Source: Myxococcota bacterium (lineage in GTDB: Bacteria; Myxococcota_A; Polyangia; Nannocystales; Nannocystaceae). From it: a stretch of DNA of 64,000 nucleotides. The position numbers and the translations under genes are program-made. The notes beneath the pieces were generated by a model. The model worked only from the letters and a program-made list of their open reading frames with translations. It made no database searches and was not told the DNA's origin. The stretch is taken from positions 192,001 to 256,000 of the forward strand of contig JBCCHT010000009.1 of assembly GCA_039028615.1 (NCBI GenBank). Reading direction: 5' to 3'. This document shows, piece after piece, positions 56,136 to 64,000 of this stretch. How positions within the stretch are numbered: position 1 is the first letter of the stretch; each line of letters starts with the position of its first letter.

Positions 56136-57713
56136 GTGACAAGACCGTGCTGGCGACCGGTGTTGGGGGCGTTACCGCTGTGGGGGGTGCTCGTGGGCAC
56201 AGCCATGGCGGCGCCGCGCGTCAGTCATCACGGTGACGCCCTGCTGCAGGTCGAGGCCACCCCCGCGCAGCTGCACGAGCTCGGGTTCGACGTCTGGACC
56301 CATCGCGCGACCGAGCCGAACGTCTTGGTGCGAGTGACCCCGCAGCAGCGCGCGCAGCTCGATGCCACGGGCTGGCCCTATGCCGTGGTCGAGCCGGATC
56401 TGGGCCCGGCGCTCGACCACGGTGCGGAGTGTCGACCGACCGCTTCGGGACCGCTGGGTCTCGATGGGCTCGATCCCGCGTACCACGATTCTTTTCGGGA
56501 TCTCGATGCCATCTACGACCGGCTGGAGACGCTGGCCGAGGAGGTGCCGGAGCGGGTGCGGCTGGTCGAGATCGGCCTGTCGCTCGAGGGGCGGCCGATT
56601 CGTGGCATTCGGGTGAGCAATCGAGACCTCGATCTCGAGGAAGGCTCCGACCAGGGCAGCGCGGTCGACCGCCCCGCGGTGTTGGTGCAGTCGTGCCAGC
56701 ACGCGCGGGAGTGGATCGCGGCGGCAGCCACGATGTGGGCGATGGAGCAGTTCGTCATCGCGCCCGAGGGCAGCGAGCTCGACTCGTTGCTCGATCAGGC
56801 CGAGCTCATCGTGGTCCCGGTGGCGAACCCCGACGGCTTCGTGCACTCGTGCGAGGTCGAGCGTCTGTGGCGAAAGAACCGACGCGATGGTCACGGGGTC
56901 GACCTCAACCGCAATTGGTCGACCGCGTGGGGCGGAGATGGATCGAGCGGCTTGCCCGACGCGGGCAACTACCGCGGGACGGGGCCGTTTTCCGAACCCG
57001 AGGCCGCGGCGATGCGTGACTTCATGGTCGCCGAGTCCGACTTGGTGGCGGCGCTCGACGTGCACACCTACGGGCAGCTGTTCTTGTACCCGTGGGGGTT
57101 CGAGGTCACCGATGCGCCCGATGACGCGCTGTTCGTGCAGCTCGCCGACCAGGTCGTCGACGCGATGGGGCAGCCGCACGACACGACGTATGTGCCGCTG
57201 CAGGCCGCGGCGTTTTACCCGGCGGCGGGCAATGCCATGGACTGGGCCTACGGGGCGCGGGGGCTGTACTCGGTCGCGATGGAGCTACGCCCGGCGATGG
57301 GCAAGGAGCCGGGGTTCTTGCTCGGTCCCGAGTTCATCGTGCCGACCGGGGAGGAGCTGCTCGAGGGGATCGAGGTGCTCGTGGAGTCCTCGGTGGCGCT
57401 CGGTCCGGGGGCGCCGGGCGACAGCGGAGGGCCGGTCGATCCCGAGCCCGAGTCCACGGGGGACGACGACGGGTTCGATGACGACGATGGCGACGGAGCC
57501 GGCAGCACCGAGTCTTCGGGGGGCACGACCGGCGCGCCCGATGATGAGCCGCCGCAGGGCACGACGGGTCCGGCTCCGGCGGCTGGAGACGAGTCGGGAT
57601 GTGGCTGCCGCAGCACCGATGCTCCCGGCGGAGCATGGTGGCTTCTGTGGGGCGGGGTTTGGCTCGTGCGGCCCCGCCGACGCGCTAGTCGCCAAAGACC
57701 TCGTCGAGCGTAG
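56136..57713 (+). CDS. M14 zinc carboxypeptidase with signal peptide and MYXO-CTERM-like tail
   Basis: HAREW, NPDG, WRKN, DLNRNW, HTYGQ, MELRP; C-terminal GCGCR...WWLLWGGVWLVRPRRR; GTG 56136 is the likely start. Confidence 0.92.
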   Translation: MTRPCWRPVLGALPLWGVLVGTAMAAPRVSHHGDALLQVEATPAQLHELGFDVWTHRATEPNVLVRVTPQQRAQLDATGWPYAVVEPDLGPALDHGAECRPTASGPLGLDGLDPAYHDSFRDLDAIYDRLETLAEEVPERVRLVEIGLSLEGRPIRGIRVSNRDLDLEEGSDQGSAVDRPAVLVQSCQHAREWIAAAATMWAMEQFVIAPEGSELDSLLDQAELIVVPVANPDGFVHSCEVERLWRKNRRDGHGVDLNRNWSTAWGGDGSSGLPDAGNYRGTGPFSEPEAAAMRDFMVAESDLVAALDVHTYGQLFLYPWGFEVTDAPDDALFVQLADQVVDAMGQPHDTTYVPLQAAAFYPAAGNAMDWAYGARGLYSVAMELRPAMGKEPGFLLGPEFIVPTGEELLEGIEVLVESSVALGPGAPGDSGGPVDPEPESTGDDDGFDDDDGDGAGSTESSGGTTGAPDDEPPQGTTGPAPAAGDESGCGCRSTDAPGGAWWLLWGGVWLVRPRRRASRQRPRRA

Positions 57714-58713
57714 CCGCCGTGACGGCGCGGTCGAACCAGCGCTGTAGTAGCGCTTGGTCTTCGCAGTCCGCCAATCGTGCGCGGAGTTCCTCGGTGAGCG
57801 CGAGGCCACGGTTGTCCAACAGGCGCTCCACCATCTCGGCGATGCCCTTCGCCCGACCTTTGATCCGGCCCTTCGCCTCACCCTTGGCGAGGAGTTCGTC
57901 TAGCATGGTGGTGTACATCTGACGTGTCTCCTTCCGGGCGGACTCGGCGAGTATACCCCGCAGCGGGGTCTCGGGCTCGAACGCCGACAGGACGTAGGTG
58001 GCAATGGCGAGCAACTCCTCGTTACCCCAGGTGTCTCCGACGATGTCGAAATAGAGTTCGAGCTGCCCGGCGCGGTCTCCGGCGACGCGTTCGCCGTGGT
58101 GGACGAGCCATAGCAATGTGCGCGCCGCTTCGGCGAGAGCGAGGCCCCGGTCTCGGGCGAGTTGCTCTCGCGTGACGTGCTCGCCGATCACGGACTGGCC
58201 CAGGTCGTCGACGCCGAACACCAGCTCGATGGGTGGGCGAAAGGCCCCACGGAGGTCCGTGGGCACATCCAACAAGTCGGACAACCGGCGCGGCATGGTC
58301 CAGCCGTTCGGGCCCTGGAACAGCAGTAGGGGCACGACCAGCGGAATCGTCTCGGCCCCCTTGTTTTCCGCGAGAAACCGCTCGTAGATGCGATTGGCGT
58401 AACCCAGAAACCGCACCGCCATCATGCGGTCGGGGGTCGACTGATGCTCCATCAGTACGAACACGAAGGCTCGATGGGTCGTGCCTTCCAGATCGACGGA
58501 GTAGAGGATGTCGCTGTGCTTCGGCTTGAGTTCGCCATCGACGAACGTGCCGGGCTCGACGCGCAGCGTCGACCAATCCAAGCGGGTGGTCAGTGCGGGC
58601 GACAGCGCCTGGCGAAGCTCCGCCGCGGCCGCCTCGGGCCTGGTGAAGATACGCTTGACCAATCCGTCGTGAGGATGGCGTGCGACCTCCTCGTCGTACC
58701 CGGGCTTCGTCAT
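57685..58713 (-). CDS. Rpn/YhgA-like recombination-promoting nuclease (PD-(D/E)XK, 'putative transposase')
   Basis: HDGLVKRIF, FVDGELK..SDILYSV, LMEHQSTPD..MAVR, VVPLLLFQG...W; C-terminal KGEAKG repeats and TLDEVF. Confidence 0.92.
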   Translation of the reverse strand: MTKPGYDEEVARHPHDGLVKRIFTRPEAAAAELRQALSPALTTRLDWSTLRVEPGTFVDGELKPKHSDILYSVDLEGTTHRAFVFVLMEHQSTPDRMMAVRFLGYANRIYERFLAENKGAETIPLVVPLLLFQGPNGWTMPRRLSDLLDVPTDLRGAFRPPIELVFGVDDLGQSVIGEHVTREQLARDRGLALAEAARTLLWLVHHGERVAGDRAGQLELYFDIVGDTWGNEELLAIATYVLSAFEPETPLRGILAESARKETRQMYTTMLDELLAKGEAKGRIKGRAKGIAEMVERLLDNRGLALTEELRARLADCEDQALLQRWFDRAVTAATLDEVFGD

Positions 58714-58821
58714 CGAGCTACGGGCAAACCGTAGCGCTGTGACGTTGGGCCGACCATTGGTCGAAAATTCCCATGGGGGCTAATGAACCACGTGCCCCTC
58801 GAGGGGCACGGCCGGACGCGG

Positions 58822-59697
58822 TCAGCCGCAGCGTTGCGCACAGGCTCGCATGGCCTGATCGCACTGCTGCCGACACGTCTCCGTGTTCGAGCCTTGGCCC
58901 GAGCAGCCCGCTCGACACGGCCCGTTGTCGGCCCGACATTGCATCCGACACTGCTCGGCAGCGGGGCCCTTGGCCCGCGTGTTCTTCTCTTGCTCGGCGG
59001 CCCGAACCTTGCGGTCTTGCTCGTGCTCGCACATCTGCGCGCACGTCATGCGGTCGTCGTCCGTCGGCTCCCCCGCGCACTGCTGCGTGCAATCGACCGT
59101 GGGAACGGCCGGCGTGGAGACTGCGGCCGGAGCAGCAACCGGCTGCGGCTGAGCCACCGCTGGGGTGGGGGCTGCCGCGGGGGCTGCCTTCCCCACCGGG
59201 CTCGTCCGCGGAGGCGGAGGCCCGGGCCTTCGTCGTACGCAGGTGAGCTTGCAGCGCGCTCGATCGATGTCCGTGCTCCGCCCGTTGCAGCTGTCCTGGC
59301 ACCCGCACACAGCGCGGTAGAACTTCTGTCGGGCGGTGAGCGGCGGCGGCTTCGGCTGGCTCGCGACGGGCTTGGCGGGCGCATTGCTGCGAGTCGTCGC
59401 TCCCCGCGGCGTCACCTCGGTCACGGTGGTCACGGGGGCCGCGACCTCGGTCTGCCCCGGCGCCGGGCCGCCCACCTGGCGCTCCTCTTTCCACCGAATG
59501 ATGTGGACGCGGTCCTTGCTCTCGGTCGCCTGACGGCAGTTCAGCTCGCAGGTCGCTCGATCGCTCTCGTCGGCGATGGAGGTGCAACCCTGCTGGCACT
59601 TCCGAATCTCGGCCTCGGGATCCGCGGCCGGCGTGCTCGGGGCGGCCGCGAGGGCCCCGAGCACGACTCCCAACATGACGACGAACAACGAGTGCAT
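58822..59697 (-). CDS. Secreted Cys-rich protein with CX3C hairpin repeats
   Basis: Signal peptide; repeated C-x3-C...DR-x2-C-x3-C units separated by Pro/Ala/Thr linkers. Confidence 0.8.
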   Translation of the reverse strand: MHSLFVVMLGVVLGALAAAPSTPAADPEAEIRKCQQGCTSIADESDRATCELNCRQATESKDRVHIIRWKEERQVGGPAPGQTEVAAPVTTVTEVTPRGATTRSNAPAKPVASQPKPPPLTARQKFYRAVCGCQDSCNGRSTDIDRARCKLTCVRRRPGPPPPRTSPVGKAAPAAAPTPAVAQPQPVAAPAAVSTPAVPTVDCTQQCAGEPTDDDRMTCAQMCEHEQDRKVRAAEQEKNTRAKGPAAEQCRMQCRADNGPCRAGCSGQGSNTETCRQQCDQAMRACAQRCG

Positions 59698-59748
59698 GGC
59701 CGAACTCGTGACGATCGTATCAGCACTCGGCCCTGCGGCGCTGGCGAA

Positions 59749-60540
59749 TCACTTGCCGGAGAACGCGGGCGGGCGCTTTTCGATGTAAGCGGCCAGACCC
59801 TCTCGCGCGTCGTCGCCCTCGAAGAGCCGCTGCTGCAATTCTCGCTCGAGCGCGAGGCCGTCGGTGAGCCCGACTTCGGCTCCAGTTTGGCAGGCGCGCT
59901 TGATGAGCCCGACGGCGCGCGAGGCCTGGGCGGGCGGCACGAAGCCGCGGGCGTACTCCTCGACTTGCCCCATGAAGGCGTCGTGATCGTCGGCCTCGAG
60001 CAGTCGGTTGATCAACCCGAGCTCGGCGGCACGATCGAAGCCGAAGACCTCGCCGCTGGCCATCAGCTCGATGGCGCGGGACTTGCCGAGCATGCGGACC
60101 ATGCGTTGGGTGCCGCCGGTTCCGGGCAGCACACCGAGCTTGACCTCGGGCAGCCCGCACTTGCCAGAGCCGCTCCGCGCGATGCGAATGTCGGCCGCCA
60201 TGGCGACCTCGAGACCTCCGCCGACACAGTGGCCATCGATGGCCGCGATGACGAGCTTGGGCGTCTGCTCGAGGCGCAGCAGGGTCTCGTTGGCATGCAG
60301 GCAGAAGTTGTACTTGAAGTAGGGGTCCGCGCCCTTGAGCATGCTGATGTCGGCGCCAGCGCAGAAGAACTTCTCGCCCGCTCCCGAGAGCACCAACACG
60401 TGCACGTCGGGATCGAAGCGGGCCTCCAAGATGGCCGCATCGAGCTCCTTCATCATCTCGAACGAGTAGCAGTTGGCAGGCGGCACGTTCAGCACGAGGT
60501 GCGCCAGACCTTCGCGAGCGGTGTACTCGACCAGTGGCAT
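59749..60540 (-). CDS. Enoyl-CoA hydratase/isomerase family protein
   Basis: FFCAGADI, IAAIDGHCVGGGLEVAMAADIR, GLPEVKLGVLPGTGGTQR; ATG 60540. Confidence 0.93.
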   Translation of the reverse strand: MPLVEYTAREGLAHLVLNVPPANCYSFEMMKELDAAILEARFDPDVHVLVLSGAGEKFFCAGADISMLKGADPYFKYNFCLHANETLLRLEQTPKLVIAAIDGHCVGGGLEVAMAADIRIARSGSGKCGLPEVKLGVLPGTGGTQRMVRMLGKSRAIELMASGEVFGFDRAAELGLINRLLEADDHDAFMGQVEEYARGFVPPAQASRAVGLIKRACQTGAEVGLTDGLALERELQQRLFEGDDAREGLAAYIEKRPPAFSGK

Positions 60541-60563
60541 CGGCGGAGCATACACTCCTCGAC

Positions 60564-61031
60564 GTGGCCGAGCCGACCCAGACCCCGACGGGGGTGTATC
60601 GCCTGCGGCAGCAGGTATCGTGGGGAGATTGTGACCCCGCGGGGTTCGTGTACTTCCCGCGCTTCTTCGACAAGTTCCACCTGGCCATGGAGCGTTGGTT
60701 CGGCGACGGCTTGGGCGAGTCCTACGAGCGGCTCATCATGGGGCGCAAGCTTGGGCTGCCCTCGGCGCATACCGAGGCGGATTTCCGCCGACCGTGTCGC
60801 TTCGGGGACTGGCTCGAGATCGAGATGCGAATCACGAAGCTTGGACGCACCTCGATCGAGCTGAGCTACGTGGGTCGGGTCGATGGCGACACCGAGCCAC
60901 GCCTGACGGGCAGGACCATCTGCGTGTTGATGGACCTCGACCCGACGCACGAGGGCTACGAGCGCGCCACGCCGTGGCCCGAGGACCTGCGGGCACGGAT
61001 CGAGGCTTTCGGCGTGGGAGCAGCCCCGTGA
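60564..61031 (+). CDS. Acyl-CoA thioesterase (4-hydroxybenzoyl-CoA thioesterase family)
   Basis: VSWGDCDPAGFVYFPRFF, ADFRRPCRFGD, KLGRTSI; start 60564 inferred. Confidence 0.88.
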   Translation: MAEPTQTPTGVYRLRQQVSWGDCDPAGFVYFPRFFDKFHLAMERWFGDGLGESYERLIMGRKLGLPSAHTEADFRRPCRFGDWLEIEMRITKLGRTSIELSYVGRVDGDTEPRLTGRTICVLMDLDPTHEGYERATPWPEDLRARIEAFGVGAAP

Positions 61032-62395
61032 GCGGCCTGGCCCGCCTGGGGCTGTCGGCGCGGCGGGGCTTCGGCCGTATCGTGCCCGACCCCTTCGCCA
61101 TCGCGGTGCTGCTGACCTTGCTGGTGATGGTGTTCGCGCTGTTCGCCGGGCGGCCGCCGCTCGACCTCATGCGCGACTGGACCGGGGGCGGTGGCCTGTG
61201 GAAGCTGCTGACCTTCACCATGCAGATGTGCACGATGCTGGTGTTGGGCTCCGCGTTGGCGGCGGCCCCCGCCGTGCGCCGAGGCTTGGCTGCGATCGCA
61301 GCCCGTGCCCCCTCTCCCCGCACCCTGGTCGCGCTGGTCGCCTTCGTCTCGATCGCGCTGTCGCTGCTCAACTGGAGCCTCGCCCTGGTCGGCGGGGCAC
61401 TGCTCGCGCGCGAGGCGGGGCAGCTGGCGCGGCGTCGCCGATGGTCGCTGCACTACCCGCTGGTGTGTGCGGCCGGCTACTCCGGGTTGATGACCTGGCA
61501 CGGTGGCTTCTCGGGCAGCGCCCCGCTCAAAGCCGCCACCATGGCGGGCATGGAAGAGGTACTCGGCCCCGAGCTGGCCGCGCGGGCCGGCGCCATCCCG
61601 CTGAGCGAGTCGATCTTGGGGCCGCTGAACCTGCTGGTCAGCGGTGGCTTGCTGGTGCTCGGCCCGCTGCTCTTTTGGCTGCTGACGCCCGCGCCCGACC
61701 AAGACCCCGACCCGGCCGAAGCTCCCGCGCTCGATGGCGACGACTCGCCGCGCGCCGAGCCCGAGCCCAGCTCCACCATCGAGAAGCTCGAGCGCTCGTC
61801 GATCATCGTGTGGCTGCTGGCGCTGCCCATGGCCGCCGCGCTGGGGCTGTACCTGGCCGACGAGGGCATCGGCCGCCTCGACTTCAACACCGTCAACCTG
61901 GTGCTGTGGTGCACCGCGCTGGTCCTGCACGGTCGCCCCGATCGCTTCGTGGCCGCGTGCGAGCAGGGCGTCCGCAGCTGCACCGGGATCATCATCCAGT
62001 TTCCGCTCTACGGCGGCATCATGGGCATGATGGCGGGCGCCGGCCTGTCCTCGGCGCTGTCGACCTGGTTCGCCGAGGCGGGGGCCCAAGCTTTCAGCGT
62101 GGTGGGCTTTTTGGCGGCAGGGGTGCTCAACCTGTTCGTGCCCTCGGGCGGCGGGCAGTGGGCGGTGCAGGGGCCGATCCTGGTCGAAGGTGCGCTCGAG
62201 CTCGGCCTCCCCGTGAGCGACGTGCTCATGGCCATGGCCTACGGTGACCAGTGGACCAACATGCTGCAGCCCTTCTGGGCGCTGCCGCTGCTGGCGATCA
62301 CCCGGGTGCGAGCGCGCGACATCATCGGCTACACGGCGATCTGGATGGCCGCAGGTGGTGTGTGGATCGTGGGCTGCCTGCTCTGGTGGGCCTGA
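61028..62395 (+). CDS. atoE: Short-chain fatty acid transporter (AtoE family)
   Basis: PDPFAIA, LLTFTMQM, WHGGFSGSAPL, IIIQFPLYGGIMG, NLFVPSGGGQWAVQGP, AYGDQWTNMLQPFWALP; GTG 61028. Confidence 0.92.
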   Translation: MSGLARLGLSARRGFGRIVPDPFAIAVLLTLLVMVFALFAGRPPLDLMRDWTGGGGLWKLLTFTMQMCTMLVLGSALAAAPAVRRGLAAIAARAPSPRTLVALVAFVSIALSLLNWSLALVGGALLAREAGQLARRRRWSLHYPLVCAAGYSGLMTWHGGFSGSAPLKAATMAGMEEVLGPELAARAGAIPLSESILGPLNLLVSGGLLVLGPLLFWLLTPAPDQDPDPAEAPALDGDDSPRAEPEPSSTIEKLERSSIIVWLLALPMAAALGLYLADEGIGRLDFNTVNLVLWCTALVLHGRPDRFVAACEQGVRSCTGIIIQFPLYGGIMGMMAGAGLSSALSTWFAEAGAQAFSVVGFLAAGVLNLFVPSGGGQWAVQGPILVEGALELGLPVSDVLMAMAYGDQWTNMLQPFWALPLLAITRVRARDIIGYTAIWMAAGGVWIVGCLLWWA

Positions 62396-62669
62396 CCCCG
62401 ACCGGGGCCCCAGGGCCTCGAGCCGGGTGAGCGCGAAATTCCACAACCTCGACGACGACGTGGCCACGCGGGCAATCGTGGAGTCGGGCCAGGCGGCGAG
62501 CGACGCACGGCGACGCGGGTACCTTGGACCTCCCGTCGTCCGTTGAGGTCCAGGGGCCCCGGGATGCCCCCACGGAGGCGAAATTCGTGAGATCGCAGGA
62601 GCCGAGGCAGGGCCGGCTGGGCTCCGTCGGCGGGACAATGGGCCGAGCTTCATGCTAACTAGCCAGGCC

Positions 62670-63434
62670 ATGATCAAGCCCTCTTTGGCGCTGTGCTGCG
62701 CGACGTTGGTGCTGGCCTGTTCCAAGAACGCTCCGGACACGTCCGTGCCCGAGCCCGCCCCGGCCCCCGAGGTCGAGGCTCCCGCCGAGGAGCCCGCCGA
62801 AGAGCCCGAGCCCGAGCCGGAGCCCGAGGACCAGCGCACGCTCCAGACCCGTGCCTGCGACGAAGAAGGAGACGCGGCCGTCTGCACCGCGCTGGCCATC
62901 AAGTGGGAGACCGGCGAGGAAGGCCCGGCCGACGCGGCCAAGGCTCGCGAGTACTACCAAAAGGGCTGCGAGGGCGGCCACGCGCTCGGTTGCTACAACT
63001 ACGCCGTCTTCCTCGAGAAGGGGCAGGGCGGCGACGCCGACGTGGCCAAGGCGCTCGAGCTGCACATGCAGGTCTGCGAAGGCGAGCTGCCCGACAAGGG
63101 CTGCCTGAACGCGGCCATCCTGCTCGAGGGCGGAGCCGGGGGCGAGCCCGACCCGGCCAAGGCGCGCGAGCTTTATCAGAAGATCTGCGACGGCGGGAAC
63201 CAGATCGGCTGCGTGTCGGTGGGTCGCATGGCCATGCTGGGCGACGGCGGCAAGAAGGACGCCAAGCAGGCCCGCACGCTCTTCGACGCCGCCTGCGAGG
63301 CGGGCGAGGCGACCGGCTGCTACTTCATGGCGCTGGCCTGGGAGAAGGGCGTCGGCGGCAAGCGCAGCAAGAAGAAGGGCGCCGAGTATCGCACCCGCGC
63401 CTGCGAGGGCGGTTTTCAGCAAGCCTGCGGCTGA
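62670..63434 (+). CDS. Sel1-repeat (HcpA-like, Cys-containing) lipoprotein
   Basis: Lipobox LVLAC; repeats such as AREYYQKGCEGGHALGCYNYA. Confidence 0.9.
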   Translation: MIKPSLALCCATLVLACSKNAPDTSVPEPAPAPEVEAPAEEPAEEPEPEPEPEDQRTLQTRACDEEGDAAVCTALAIKWETGEEGPADAAKAREYYQKGCEGGHALGCYNYAVFLEKGQGGDADVAKALELHMQVCEGELPDKGCLNAAILLEGGAGGEPDPAKARELYQKICDGGNQIGCVSVGRMAMLGDGGKKDAKQARTLFDAACEAGEATGCYFMALAWEKGVGGKRSKKKGAEYRTRACEGGFQQACG

Positions 63435-63598
63435 GCCGTCGCGCTCGGGCACCTCGCCCGGCACTCACCGATCACCCTGCGAGCCTCGTGCTCGGAGGGT
63501 GATTGTCGTTGGGTTCCGCGTCGGCTGACGGTCTCCCGATTGGGGCCACTGAAAAATTGAGCCGCTGGGCATCGGTCGACGCGTCATGCTGATCGACC

Positions 63599-64000
63599 AT
63601 GGCTTGCACTGCGTTGTCGAGGGGACTGGGCGTACTGGCACTGAGCGCGGCCGTTGTCGTGGCTGCGCCCGGGGAGCGGGTGGCTTCGGCGTGCGGTGGC
63701 ACCTTCTGCGACGCCGGCCCCACCGCGATGCCCGTCGAGCAGACGGGCGAGACCATCGTGTTCGCGGTCGACGACACGCACGTCGAGGCGCACATCCAGA
63801 TCGCCTACGACCCGGAGACGGAGGCCTCGCAGTTCGCCTGGGTCGTGCCCGTGACGGCGTTGCCCGAGTTTTCCGTCGGCTCGCAGGACTTCATCGCCCG
63901 CCTGCTGGACGCCAGCGTGCCCTCGTACGGTCGCAGCAACTGGAACGAGCCCTGCGGCAGCGCCGATGACGGTGACTTCGACGACAGCTGTGACGGCGGG
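63599..64000 (+). CDS. DUF2330-like secreted protein, partial (runs off the window)
   Basis: Read manually: signal peptide, then ACGGTFCD..MPVEQTGETIVF...AHIQIAYD...FAWVVPV; open to the window end. Confidence 0.8.
   Translation, partial: MACTALSRGLGVLALSAAVVVAAPGERVASACGGTFCDAGPTAMPVEQTGETIVFAVDDTHVEAHIQIAYDPETEASQFAWVVPVTALPEFSVGSQDFIARLLDASVPSYGRSNWNEPCGSADDGDFDDSCDGG

Noticed and set aside
57685..58713. IS element (Rpn often annotated as transposase)
   Set aside because: No terminal inverted repeats or target duplication seen; the family is a PD-(D/E)XK nuclease.
1..64000. Long antisense or alternate-frame ORFs (e.g. 1623..3377+, 29951..32173-, 34611..36974-, 40046..42778-, 51843..53681+, 58783..60864+)
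   Set aside because: Shadow ORFs typical of high-GC DNA; they overlap motif-bearing genes and are Arg/Pro-rich or lack recognisable motifs.

Overview
GC-rich window, probably from a myxobacterium (inferred from a MYXO-CTERM-tailed carboxypeptidase, a DUF2330-like protein and Cys-rich secreted proteins). The main feature is a ~40 kb co-oriented, translationally coupled extracellular contractile injection system (eCIS; Afp/PVC-like) locus at ~6877-47102. In order it encodes a VWA protein, DUF4255/Pvc16-like cap, two sheaths, two tubes, an Afp7-like initiator, a 56-aa ORF missing from the ORF track, a split hub and spike, gp25, baseplate J, a gpI-like tail protein, four genes sharing a baseplate-anchor motif, a tape measure, an AAA ATPase, a DUF4157 protein with a C-terminal AHH nuclease, a probable immunity gene and a pentapeptide-repeat gene. 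Unusual aspects: no PAAR gene is visible, and a protein with a ~45-aa hydrophobic C-terminal tail sits in its place. Three large paralogous helical anchor-domain proteins replace a recognisable fibre. The Afp7-like protein carries 64 residues of strict hydrophobic/polar alternation. No lysis genes are visible. Together these suggest (inference) a membrane-anchored or structurally atypical CIS carrying a swappable nuclease. The left flank has a TPP enzyme, a thioesterase, tRNA-Asn, a sigma54 activator facing two Cys-nucleophile alpha/beta hydrolases, and a GST. The right flank has kinases, a FadR-box-regulated SDR/ALDH/GMC operon, an M14 peptidase, an Rpn nuclease with an internal RBS and ATG, and fatty-acid genes with a likely bidirectional leaderless promoter. 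All family calls come from motif recognition by eye; no searches were run.
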